From: a virus
Taxonomy: Duplodnaviria > Caudoviricetes
Virus record (IMG/VR): IMGVR_UViG_3300025759_000090
Span: 852 to 64,851 of that record
Direction: 5' to 3' (one strand)
DNA length: 64,000 nt
A program made the position numbers and the translations under genes. Below, one piece after another: positions 9,056 through 18,253 of the stretch (position 1 is the first letter of the stretch; the number at the start of each line of letters is the position of its first letter). Under the pieces are notes generated by a model. It saw only the letters and a program-made list of their open reading frames with translations. It searched no databases and was not told where the DNA came from.

Positions 9056-9181
9056 GATAAATGACTCTTGAAACCTGTTGCTGGTTGATACTTTTTTTCA
9101 TGTTCTCAATAATTTCGTTAGATACCAATAAACTAGGTTAGAGCCGTCATGGTGAAAAACCGGAACACAACCCATTAACTT

Positions 9182-11605
9182 ATGGCCGAGCGTCAGCGAA
9201 GTATCATTGACAGGCTTTTGAGAAGAAGGGCTGACCCTTCTGATACTCAAAAGATGTCAGATTTAATCAATGGTAATATGGGAAATGATGGAGTTTCTTG
9301 GGATGGAAAAACTCTTGCATCCCTGTCAAAAATAGGATTAGCAACAACTGCTGGCCGTCAATCTGCATCAGGTGCAGATACACAAGTTTCATACAATCTT
9401 CTCAGACAAATTTCTCTTAAATCGGAAGTCGTAAATGCAATCTTGAGAAGATGTGTTGATGATACTCTTGCGAATGGATATGAATTTGTTTTAGCAGATG
9501 GAAAAGATGAGGGAAGTCAAGAACAATTAGACAAGTTGCGAAAGTTCTTCAAAAACCCAAATCCTGACGATATGGGAGATGAATGGTTAGAGTCTCTTCT
9601 GTTCGATTTAATCCTCTTCGGGGATGCCTATTTAGAACTCGATGGAAGTGCCGACAAATCATCTGCAAATGGTGAAAATTGGTCATATGGTGGAGACTTG
9701 TTGGCTGTGTGGACTATTCCATCAGAAACCATGAAACTCGTTCCAGCAAATCAAACTCCAAAGCCACCAAAAATGGCGTACATTCAAACGATTGACAAAG
9801 TGGTTAGAAAGTTCGATGCAAATAAGGTAATTCACATTGCTAAGTTTAAGCAAGGTAGAGGATATGGTTCAAGTCCATTAATTCCTTTAATGGAGATAAT
9901 AGCAGGTCAATTAAATCTATCAAATTATTTGAATATGCTTTACACAGGAACTTTACCAAAAACCATTCTAAATGTTGGAGATATTTCTAACAGCGAAATG
10001 AAATCTATGTTAGGTCTTATCGAGCAACAATTATCAGGTGGAAAATCACCATTTGGACTTATCGCAATCAACGGTGGAACAGGATTCAATATGCACCGAT
10101 TAATTGATTCAACAAGAGAAGGGGCACAGTTAGATTTGTTGTATTATTACCGTGAAGAAATCTGTGCTGTTTTTGGTATTCCACCAATGAAACTTGGCTG
10201 GGTTCAGACAGGTAAATTAGCAAATCCTGAGCAACAACTTGATGCTTGGTATGATGTTATCGAATCTTATCATGCGAGGATATCTTCTATGATGAATAAT
10301 CGAATACTTCCATTGCTTGGAATTACAGATTGGAAATTCAAGTTTGTAACTATCAGACCTTCAAGAGAAACAGAAAGAGCCGAGACATTGAAAGCACAGG
10401 CATCTGCTGTGGCAACATTAAGACAAGAAGCAGCAATTACAATCAATGAAGCAAGAGAAATGTTAGGTTTCCCTGTAATCAAAAATGAACAAGCAGATGA
10501 CCCATTTTTCATTAGTCCAAAACTTTCAATCAACACTCCAAAAAATGCTGATGCAGAATCCAATACAGATTCAGAATCAGATGTTGGTTTAGATGATTTA
10601 TTTCCAAATCCAATGGAACAAGAAGATGAAGAAGAAATTGGTGATATGCCTAAGTTTTCTGAGCCTGAAACTGAAATAACATATTCAACAGAAGAACTTC
10701 AAAACATGAAAAAAAAAGTTGATGATGCAAGTCGAAATCAATATGATAGAATTATCAGAACAACTACAAGAGAAACAGAAAAAAAACTTCTGAAAAATCA
10801 GGAAGAATTTGCTGACAGATTAATTGACAAATATTCTGAGAGAATAAATCCGACAGATGTTTTTGAATACAGTCTTGGAAACGTGTTGAACCCAACATCT
10901 GATTTTGACGGTGTTCTGACAAAAGCAGTTGGTGGAGATGACTTAGTTTGGATGGTTGATTTACTCGATAGAGAATTACAAGAATTACTTGACAAACAAA
11001 CTATTTCAACATCAACTGCACTTACAGTTGGTTTTGATGAAACTCTTGCTACAATGGCATCTGCATCAGGTGTTGGAATATCTTTTGATTTTAGAGATGC
11101 AGAAGCAATGAGATATTGGAATGCAAGGTGGAGAGTTCCAGCATTGAGAAACACTCTTGGGGCATTCAGAAAAGAAATATTTACAGTCTTTGAATCAGCA
11201 CTTGCAGATAGTAAAAATTGGCAATGGGTTCAAAGAGAAATGAGAAAAGTAATTGACCCATCAGGAAAAGCATTCCCAAGATATTATTACAACAGAATTG
11301 CTAGAACAGAAACAAGAAGAGTTGTTGAAAACTCACATCTTTCAGGATTGAAAAAATTAGGATTTTCACAAGTCCAAAGATTAGTAACTGTTGATTCTGT
11401 AACAGACCGAGATTTGTGTATTCCTTTTGAGAATGCTGTATATCCAATTGACAAATCAGGTGGGGTAATTCCAGCCCATCCAAATTGTCGCTGCACATTT
11501 ACCCCATACGAAGCATCTGACGAAATTAATCCAATAGAACCTGTGGCTGATTCACAGATTTTGAAACCTGATGTTGAGGGTGCTGAGATACTAGATTTGG
11601 AGTGA
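9182..11605 (+). CDS. portal protein fused to a Mu gpF / SPP1 gp7-like head morphogenesis domain
   Basis: Portal motifs PNP, GDAY, YGSSP, ICAVFGIPP and TINEARE; C-terminal RIARTE...PAHPNCRC. Confidence 0.88.
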   Translation: MAERQRSIIDRLLRRRADPSDTQKMSDLINGNMGNDGVSWDGKTLASLSKIGLATTAGRQSASGADTQVSYNLLRQISLKSEVVNAILRRCVDDTLANGYEFVLADGKDEGSQEQLDKLRKFFKNPNPDDMGDEWLESLLFDLILFGDAYLELDGSADKSSANGENWSYGGDLLAVWTIPSETMKLVPANQTPKPPKMAYIQTIDKVVRKFDANKVIHIAKFKQGRGYGSSPLIPLMEIIAGQLNLSNYLNMLYTGTLPKTILNVGDISNSEMKSMLGLIEQQLSGGKSPFGLIAINGGTGFNMHRLIDSTREGAQLDLLYYYREEICAVFGIPPMKLGWVQTGKLANPEQQLDAWYDVIESYHARISSMMNNRILPLLGITDWKFKFVTIRPSRETERAETLKAQASAVATLRQEAAITINEAREMLGFPVIKNEQADDPFFISPKLSINTPKNADAESNTDSESDVGLDDLFPNPMEQEDEEEIGDMPKFSEPETEITYSTEELQNMKKKVDDASRNQYDRIIRTTTRETEKKLLKNQEEFADRLIDKYSERINPTDVFEYSLGNVLNPTSDFDGVLTKAVGGDDLVWMVDLLDRELQELLDKQTISTSTALTVGFDETLATMASASGVGISFDFRDAEAMRYWNARWRVPALRNTLGAFRKEIFTVFESALADSKNWQWVQREMRKVIDPSGKAFPRYYYNRIARTETRRVVENSHLSGLKKLGFSQVQRLVTVDSVTDRDLCIPFENAVYPIDKSGGVIPAHPNCRCTFTPYEASDEINPIEPVADSQILKPDVEGAEILDLE

Positions 11606-11612
11606 ATAAAAT

Positions 11613-12011
11613 ATGGCAAATCCTTTTTCTCGTTTCGCTTCTGAATTAAGAAAAGGGTCGAAAGGAGTTCCAACCAAAATAGTTCCTTCATACCTAGATT
11701 TATTGGCTTCAAGAATACTAACTCAAGCAAAGAAAAATGCCCCTGTACGCACAGGTGCATTGCGAGCGAGTGGAAGAATAGAATTAACAGCAAATCCTAC
11801 ACAAAGGATTGTTTCTTTTGGTGGTCAAGGAACTATGGTTGACTATGCAAGATATGTTGAATTTGGCCGATTTAGTTTTGCACCATATGACCCAATCCCA
11901 TATCTCAGACCAGCGTTAATTTCAGTAATGAAAGATGCAAGAATAGATTTGAAAAAATCTTTAACAAAATCACTAGATGAATTTGAAACAAATTATGGGG
12001 TATTGAAATGA
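11613..12011 (+). CDS. HK97 gp10-like tail/neck completion protein
   Basis: AKKNAPVRTGALRAS, YARYVEFG and PYLRPA motifs. Confidence 0.8.
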   Translation: MANPFSRFASELRKGSKGVPTKIVPSYLDLLASRILTQAKKNAPVRTGALRASGRIELTANPTQRIVSFGGQGTMVDYARYVEFGRFSFAPYDPIPYLRPALISVMKDARIDLKKSLTKSLDEFETNYGVLK

Positions 12012-14428
12012 CAGAACTCCAAACTAAGAAAACGCCAACAAGACAACAACTAACTCCACCAGCAGGTGTCAAAGCGGCCTGTAAAACAGGAATAAAAATG
12101 GTAGAAGAAGGAATGGGTGGAAGTGGATTAGAACCAGCCACAGTTAGGGAAGCAAGAGCAATTGTTAGGGGTACACCAATCACAGTTGCCAAAGCCAAAA
12201 AAATGGTTCGATGGTGGGGAAGAAATGCAAGGTTTTTGACTTACGATAAAGATTCACCAGCATGGGTTGCTGCATTACTTTGGGGTGGCCGAGCAGGGTT
12301 ATCTTGGTCAAGAAAATTAAAGAGAACTTTTGATGCAGAAGATAAGGCTGCACAGGGTTCAGTTTCGTCAGGAGATTTTGTTTCTTGGACTACAAGAAAA
12401 GGAAGATATGTTGGAAAAGTTGAGAGAGTTCAAACATCAGGAAGTATCTCAGTTGCTACAAGTGAAGGTGGCTCAGAAAAAGTAGAAGTTTCATCTGATA
12501 ATCAAGTAGCAATAGTTCGTGTATATGTGGATAATGAAGATAGCACTTTTTCACGTTCAAACAGAACTGTTCCTGTAAAAGTTTCAATGTTAAGAGTTCG
12601 ACAAGAACCGAAAATAAAAGCATCTGCTGCTGTCAAAAAAACTCTCAAACAAAAAGCAGATGACCACAATAAAAAAGTTGGAAATGCAAAATCTAAAAGA
12701 ACAAATGTAAGAACACTTTCAGCCGTTTTTGATAGGGGAGTGGGGGCATACCAAACTAACCCTCAAAGTGTTCGCCCAACAGTCAATTCAGCAGAACAAT
12801 GGGCGTATGCTAGGGTAAATTCATTTCTCTATGTTTTGAGGAATGGTAGATTCAGGGGTGGTAAGCACGATACAGACTTGCTTCCAAGTGGTCATCCTCA
12901 ATCATCTAAGAAAGAAGCGAATCCCTCAAGAACCATAACTTCTACAAGCGAAGATATGACTCACGAAATCTCGATAGATGATGCTACAATAGTTGGAGAT
13001 AATGACTTTGAATCTAAGGCTGGAAAATCTATGCCTGTTGAGATTCATTACAGAATAATTACACCATTCAAAGTTGACAAAACAATTCAAGAAAAAGAAT
13101 CAGATGATGTCAAGATTCGTGGTGCGGTTTATGTCGGTGGAGATGATATGCTAGACAGGCATGGAGAACTTGTTGATTCTAAGGCAATAATGGATGCGTG
13201 GGAGAAGTATTCCAAGAATCCTGTCATTCTATACAATCACTCAAAAACATACGGTGTAATAGGCCGTATGACCGATGTTTCTATGGAAGAACAAGACGGT
13301 GTAAAAATGCCTATGGGAACTGCAATCATTGATGGTGGAGAAAAAGATATCACAAGAAAAATCAGAAAAGGAATGTTGAAGGCATTCTCAATCGGATTTA
13401 TCGCTAAGGCAGCAGTAAAAGAATGTAAAGACGATGATAGTTGCTACATGAAGTTCACCGAAATTGATTGGGTCGAAACTTCGGTTGTAGATGTTCCAGC
13501 AAGTCCTGACGCACTTTTCTCAGTTCAGAAATCTGTAATGTTAGGTGTTGAGGCCAACATGGAAGATTGCGACTGTGGAGATGATTGCTGTGATGAAAAA
13601 GATGCAGAATCAAAAATTAAGAAATTAGATTTTGATACTACTGAAAAACACATAGTAAGAATCGAAGAAGATGACCAATATATTACTGTCGTCTATGGTA
13701 AATCCGAAGAATGGGAAGGAATAGATGTTGATACAACAGATGCACCCGAAGAAGCGGGATATTATGATGAAGATGATGATAAAAAGATGATTTTCGATGT
13801 TTTAGCCAAATTAGATGCTATTGAGAGTCGTCTTGAATCAGACGAATCAGTTAATAGCCACTTGGAGTCAAGCAAGGGATTAATGAACTCCGAAGATATG
13901 GACATAATCACAGAAGATGCTGCTGCAACCGAAGAGGAATCAGTAGTTGTCGAGACTCCTGAATTAACAGAAGAAGTTGTTGAAACAACAGAAGAAATGA
14001 TGGAAGAAAAATCCGTAGAAGAAGAGGTCGCAATGCCTTCTCCAAGAGAAGCATTAATTGATGTTGCATCTGCATTAAAGAGTATCATGGAGACTCTTGA
14101 GTCTATGCAAGAAAAATCACAAGAAGTTGTTGAAGAAGAAATTGACAATTCAGAAGATGAAATTACAAATCTAAAGGCTGAAATTGCTGCACTTAAAGAA
14201 GAGAAAGCAGCAAGAGAAGCAGCAGAAAAACTTGAGGCAGAAGTAGCCAAGAGAGTAGAAGAAAGACTTGCAGAAGTTGGTGTTGAAGCAACTCCATCTC
14301 GCAAATCTATCCCAACTGTTTCAGAAAAGAAAACAGTAGCAAAAACATTCGACCCACAACCAAATGTGAGTAAGGGCATGAACGGATTAGCAGTATGGCT
14401 AGAATCCAATATTGCACATAGGAACTAA
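12008..14428 (+). CDS. prohead maturation protease with long N-terminal accessory domains and acidic C-terminal scaffold-like region
   Basis: DRHGE, NPVILYNH, GMLKAFSIGF and ETSVVDVPA match the HK97-type protease; E-rich coiled coil; directly upstream of the capsid gene. Confidence 0.85.
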   Translation: MTELQTKKTPTRQQLTPPAGVKAACKTGIKMVEEGMGGSGLEPATVREARAIVRGTPITVAKAKKMVRWWGRNARFLTYDKDSPAWVAALLWGGRAGLSWSRKLKRTFDAEDKAAQGSVSSGDFVSWTTRKGRYVGKVERVQTSGSISVATSEGGSEKVEVSSDNQVAIVRVYVDNEDSTFSRSNRTVPVKVSMLRVRQEPKIKASAAVKKTLKQKADDHNKKVGNAKSKRTNVRTLSAVFDRGVGAYQTNPQSVRPTVNSAEQWAYARVNSFLYVLRNGRFRGGKHDTDLLPSGHPQSSKKEANPSRTITSTSEDMTHEISIDDATIVGDNDFESKAGKSMPVEIHYRIITPFKVDKTIQEKESDDVKIRGAVYVGGDDMLDRHGELVDSKAIMDAWEKYSKNPVILYNHSKTYGVIGRMTDVSMEEQDGVKMPMGTAIIDGGEKDITRKIRKGMLKAFSIGFIAKAAVKECKDDDSCYMKFTEIDWVETSVVDVPASPDALFSVQKSVMLGVEANMEDCDCGDDCCDEKDAESKIKKLDFDTTEKHIVRIEEDDQYITVVYGKSEEWEGIDVDTTDAPEEAGYYDEDDDKKMIFDVLAKLDAIESRLESDESVNSHLESSKGLMNSEDMDIITEDAAATEEESVVVETPELTEEVVETTEEMMEEKSVEEEVAMPSPREALIDVASALKSIMETLESMQEKSQEVVEEEIDNSEDEITNLKAEIAALKEEKAAREAAEKLEAEVAKRVEERLAEVGVEATPSRKSIPTVSEKKTVAKTFDPQPNVSKGMNGLAVWLESNIAHRN

Positions 14429-14472
14429 GGAAGAGGGTCAAACAGAGAAAAAATCAAACTGAGGAATATAAA

Positions 14473-15528
14473 ATGTCAGAAGAAATAGAGTTTAATGATG
14501 TAGTAGAAAGAGTGAAAGATGCACTTGCTGGCAATACAGCAGGGTCAGGGGCAACAATGTTGCCTACTGAAACAGCAGACGAAATTATTGCGATAGTGTA
14601 TGAAAGAAATTTCATGCGTGGATTATTCCCAGCACTTCCAATGTCTCGCAGAACTGTAAACGTACCAAGCCTAACAGGTTCAGTTGCGTTCCACCAACAA
14701 ACACTTGCAGATACAACATCAGGAACAGCACAAGCAGAATCATCTCAGACAACTGCTGAATTGACTATGACTCTAAAAACCATGATTGCTAACGTGCCTG
14801 TTGGAAACTATCTAATCGCATACGGTGTTGAAGGTTTACTATCCGTTCTTCGTGATGATATCGCATCCCGTCTTGCATACAATGAGCAATCACTTTTACT
14901 AAACGGTGATACTGAAACAGGAAGTGCATATGCAGACAACATTAACGGTATCTATAACGCATCAACCAACCCAACAGGTGTTGACGCTGATGACAACGAT
15001 TACCTACTAATGTTCGATGGTCTAAGAAAGTCTGCTGGAAAATCAGTTCTAGTAAGCGGAACTTTCGCATTATCGCACATTCGTGAAGCAATTAACGAAC
15101 TTGGTGTTTACGCTGAAAACCGTGATGACCTTGCTTTGATAGTTCCTAGGAATCTTGAGGTTCAACTGCTCGGCTTAGAGCAACTACAAACGCTCGATAA
15201 ATATGGAAGCGGTGCTACAATCTTAACAGGAGAAATCGGTAAGATTTACGGTATCTCAGTATTCGCAACATCTGCCCTTGCTACTAACTTAGGATGGGAT
15301 GGAACTTTCGATGCTACTGCTGCTGTTGCTAACAAAACAACTGCACTTCTTGTTCACAAGAGAAGTCCTTTGATTGGAAACCCAACTGTTGCTGACAGAA
15401 GATTTAGCATAGACTTCCACGATGAGCCAACAAAAGACAGATTCGTTTTGATTCCACGACAAGACATTGCTTTCGGTGTTCGATACGCAGACGCATTAGT
15501 TAGATTTAACGGAATCAACATAGTCTGA
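14473..15528 (+). CDS. major capsid protein (HK97 fold)
   Basis: Position, size (351 aa), LLLNGD and GKIYGISV motifs, strongly biased codons, GAGG RBS. Confidence 0.88.
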   Translation: MSEEIEFNDVVERVKDALAGNTAGSGATMLPTETADEIIAIVYERNFMRGLFPALPMSRRTVNVPSLTGSVAFHQQTLADTTSGTAQAESSQTTAELTMTLKTMIANVPVGNYLIAYGVEGLLSVLRDDIASRLAYNEQSLLLNGDTETGSAYADNINGIYNASTNPTGVDADDNDYLLMFDGLRKSAGKSVLVSGTFALSHIREAINELGVYAENRDDLALIVPRNLEVQLLGLEQLQTLDKYGSGATILTGEIGKIYGISVFATSALATNLGWDGTFDATAAVANKTTALLVHKRSPLIGNPTVADRRFSIDFHDEPTKDRFVLIPRQDIAFGVRYADALVRFNGINIV

Positions 15529-15547
15529 GACTGTTGAAACAAACCTT

Positions 15548-15588
15548 GCCTGATGGCTTAGTTTGGCGGCTACAAATAGCCGTCAGGC
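15548..15588 (+). terminator. hairpin after the capsid gene (terminator or mRNA stabiliser)
   Basis: GCCTGATGGCT (15548-58) pairs with AGCCGTCAGGC (15578-88); no strong T-run. Confidence 0.5.
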
Positions 15589-15636
15589 TAAGTCCTTTAG
15601 CATCGGTGATAAACCATAACGGATTAGACCTAGAGT

Positions 15637-15699
15637 ATGATTCTCTTGGGCTATACTTTTGGTCAATTAATAATAGAAGAAAATGAGGGGTATTACTAA
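15637..15699 (+). CDS. 20-aa mini-ORF (MILLGYTFGQLIIEENEGYY) resembling the N-terminus of the next protein
   Basis: Promoter motif at 15608 at the canonical distance; TAATG overlap with ATG 15699. Confidence 0.55.
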   Translation: MILLGYTFGQLIIEENEGYY

Positions 15700-16376
15700 T
15701 GTCAGTCGGCTGGACTATGGGGCAGTTGATTGTAGATGAAAGTGCTACTTCTGCGATTGATTATTGTACAGTAGCAGATGTTGAAGCATATACAGGAGTT
15801 GACTTCTCAGAAGGTATTGGTGCTACCGAAGCACAGATTGCTACAATGATTTCAAATGCATCAAGATTAGTAGATGCTTATGCTGGTGTTCAGGTCGCTG
15901 GAACAGTCGGAGTTACAGAATATTTTGACGTGAATGAATATACAAAACACATCGTCTTGGGTGTAAGACCTGTTGCTTCAATTACCAACATTTATTCAGT
16001 TGATGATAATGGAGTTGAAACGGCTTTAGTGCAGGGTAGAGTCAGAAATACGGATGAATATTGGCTACATGATAAAGAGGCTGGAATTGTAAGATTTATG
16101 GGGAAATTTACAGAAGATGGAATGGTTGCTTTGAAGGCCGAATATATTGCTGGAACAGCAACACCAACAATAGAAGCAAAGATGGCTACAATTATGATGG
16201 TATCACGAAATGCAGCACGTTCTGCATTGAATGATGAGAACTGCATGGATAGAGTAAAAGAGATGTGGTCGAGACTTCTGAAATCGTCAGAATCAGATAT
16301 GAAAGATATGTTAGAATTAGTCAAAAAACATTCTAAGATTGCAGTTGCTACTTTTGGTTTGGAAGGTAACTATTGA
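15699..16376 (+). CDS. head-tail adaptor (gp6/gp15-like)
   Basis: YCTVADV...ASRLVDAYAG motif; located after the capsid gene. Confidence 0.75.
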   Translation: MSVGWTMGQLIVDESATSAIDYCTVADVEAYTGVDFSEGIGATEAQIATMISNASRLVDAYAGVQVAGTVGVTEYFDVNEYTKHIVLGVRPVASITNIYSVDDNGVETALVQGRVRNTDEYWLHDKEAGIVRFMGKFTEDGMVALKAEYIAGTATPTIEAKMATIMMVSRNAARSALNDENCMDRVKEMWSRLLKSSESDMKDMLELVKKHSKIAVATFGLEGNY

Positions 16377-16386
16377 GGGAAATAAT

Positions 16387-16902
16387 ATGTCAATTTCAGA
16401 CACAGGAATTCCAGCAATAGACCCACATACAATGTTGTCAAGTTTAATCACTACAAACATGACTTCTCCTGATGGAGTTTGGACTCCAATTGTGAATAGT
16501 GGATGGCTTGAATTCAAACGTCAAAAAACATACCAAATCTCAATCGTTCCACTATATACAGATTCAGACGCATTCAATCTTACAGGTGGTGCTTCGTCAA
16601 CACAACCAAGAATATCAACAGGATATTATACCATAGTTTTGTATGCACCAACAAGAGCAAAGTTATGGTCTTTATTTCAGAAATTAATGCTAGTTTTGAA
16701 CGATGAAACTTTGACTTCTCCACAATCAGGAAGTGGAATGTCAGGAGTTGATGGAAGTGATTATCATTTTGTCCGAGTAGTTAGGTCAGAAGATGCTAAA
16801 ACAATTGAGTTCAAAGATTCATTATGTGGTATAGATATTGACAAAACTGATGTTACAGGATATAGAGCAGAAATCACGGTTTCATGCCGATGGAATGAAT
16901 AA
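16387..16902 (+). CDS. putative tail terminator / neck protein
   Basis: Synteny and size; GAGGG RBS before ATG 16387. Confidence 0.55.
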   Translation: MSISDTGIPAIDPHTMLSSLITTNMTSPDGVWTPIVNSGWLEFKRQKTYQISIVPLYTDSDAFNLTGGASSTQPRISTGYYTIVLYAPTRAKLWSLFQKLMLVLNDETLTSPQSGSGMSGVDGSDYHFVRVVRSEDAKTIEFKDSLCGIDIDKTDVTGYRAEITVSCRWNE

Positions 16903-16944
16903 ATACCGATTCCTTGAATAACCGGAAATCAACGGTCAAGTAAT

Positions 16945-17298
16945 ATGGCTCTCATAGATTTGAAGAAAGCAGAACTAATCGCTCTTTGTGAAGAAAACGA
17001 TTTAGATACAGAAGGAACAAAGGCAGAACTAGCAGAAAGACTAGGTGCAGTATTATCTTGGGATGATGTAGTTGAAGAAGTAGTTGAAGAAGTAGTTGAA
17101 GAAGTAGTTGAAGAAGTAGTTGAAGAAGATGAAGATATTGAAGTTTACATCAACAATGTATTCAAAAAATATCTCAAAAGAGATGCAACTGTCAATGAGT
17201 TAAATCATTACAGAAAAGCATTGACATTCCATTGTAATTTAACAAAAGAAAACTTCGTTTTTGGAATCAAAAACTCAGACGAAGCACGTTCATTGTAA
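16945..17298 (+). CDS. SAP-domain protein with (VVEE)n linker
   Basis: LKKAELIALCEENDLDTEGTKAELAERL matches SAP; tandem GTAGTTGAAGAA repeat. Confidence 0.75.
   Translation: MALIDLKKAELIALCEENDLDTEGTKAELAERLGAVLSWDDVVEEVVEEVVEEVVEEVVEEDEDIEVYINNVFKKYLKRDATVNELNHYRKALTFHCNLTKENFVFGIKNSDEARSL
17068..17127 (+). repeat. 12-bp tandem repeat (GTAGTTGAAGAA)x5
   Basis: Read directly; encodes VVEE. Confidence 0.9.
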
Positions 17299-17380
17299 AT
17301 ATGATAAATATTGGTTTTTTATCGAAAAAATATTTTGTTAATCATAACTATCAATAACAGCAAACCGACAGGTTCGTTTC

Positions 17381-17761
17381 ATTCCTTACAAAGACGCATC
17401 GAAAAGAGCAGCCTACAATCGTAGGTATCAGAAGAAAAGATATGCTAAAAGGAAGGCATCATACTTACACAATAAGAAGGTCAGAAGAGAACAAATGAAG
17501 GAATGGTTCAAGTCATTAAAACACACGCTGAAATGTGCTGATTGTAATATCTCAGGTTATCCTCATTCTTGGATTTTAGATTTCCATCATTTAGATTCTT
17601 CTGAGAAGTTTTCAATGGTTTCAAAAATGGTTCACGATGGATATGGAAAAGAAAAGATTCTAGCAGAAATTGAGAAGTGTGTTGTTTTGTGTTCAAATTG
17701 TCATCGGATTAGACATATCGAGGATGTTGAACTCAACACACGGCTCAAGTCAAAAAAGTGA
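17381..17761 (+). CDS. HNH endonuclease (probable ATT start at 17381; first ATG at 17495)
   Basis: CADC...LDFHH...EIEKCVVLCSNCHRIRH; in-frame upstream (I)PYKD... basic extension. Confidence 0.8.
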   Translation: MPYKDASKRAAYNRRYQKKRYAKRKASYLHNKKVRREQMKEWFKSLKHTLKCADCNISGYPHSWILDFHHLDSSEKFSMVSKMVHDGYGKEKILAEIEKCVVLCSNCHRIRHIEDVELNTRLKSKK

Positions 17762-17828
17762 TTTTGATATCAAAAAACATTGATATTTGGGATATATTGA
17801 TAAGGGGAAAGCCTACGGTGGCTCATTT

Positions 17829-18248
17829 ATGAGCCACATGAGCCAACCAACAAACCGACCAAACCTATCAGTCCACGCTTTACAAAGAGTTGATGAAAGA
17901 TTAATTGGAGAAGAAGCACAAAAAGTAATTTCAGCAGTTAGAAAAGCATCTGCAAAGTATGGAACAAAATCAGTAGGAATTATTGCACATGACTTAGGCT
18001 CACAAAGAGGCCAAGCATGGGGCAATACCAGCAACGGAGATTTAGTAGTTGTAATCGTAAGAAATGGTCAAGTGAAAACTGTTTACCTACGAAGGGCAAC
18101 ACAAACATTCGACCTTTCAGTTTCACGTACAGATGTATTAGTTGATATGACAGGAAGAGTTCTCTCAGCACCATTGAGAAACAATCCATCAGCAGGTCGA
18201 AGAGGAAGCAGAAATGCACCAAGAGATATCTTTGCTAACAGGAGATGA
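17829..18248 (+). CDS. hypothetical protein, possible RelE/DUF4258-like RNase fold
   Basis: SVHALQRVDER...VVIVRNGQVKTVY pattern; GGGAA-class promoter. Confidence 0.55.
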   Translation: MSHMSQPTNRPNLSVHALQRVDERLIGEEAQKVISAVRKASAKYGTKSVGIIAHDLGSQRGQAWGNTSNGDLVVVIVRNGQVKTVYLRRATQTFDLSVSRTDVLVDMTGRVLSAPLRNNPSAGRRGSRNAPRDIFANRR

Positions 18249-18253
18249 AAAAA

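Noticed and set aside
13762-14409. Long antisense ORFs (also 53427..53972, 23192..23779 and the many minus-strand ORFs in 57493-63594)
   Set aside because: They are shadows of biased codon usage in real + strand genes, with S/T/P-rich low complexity and no promoters.
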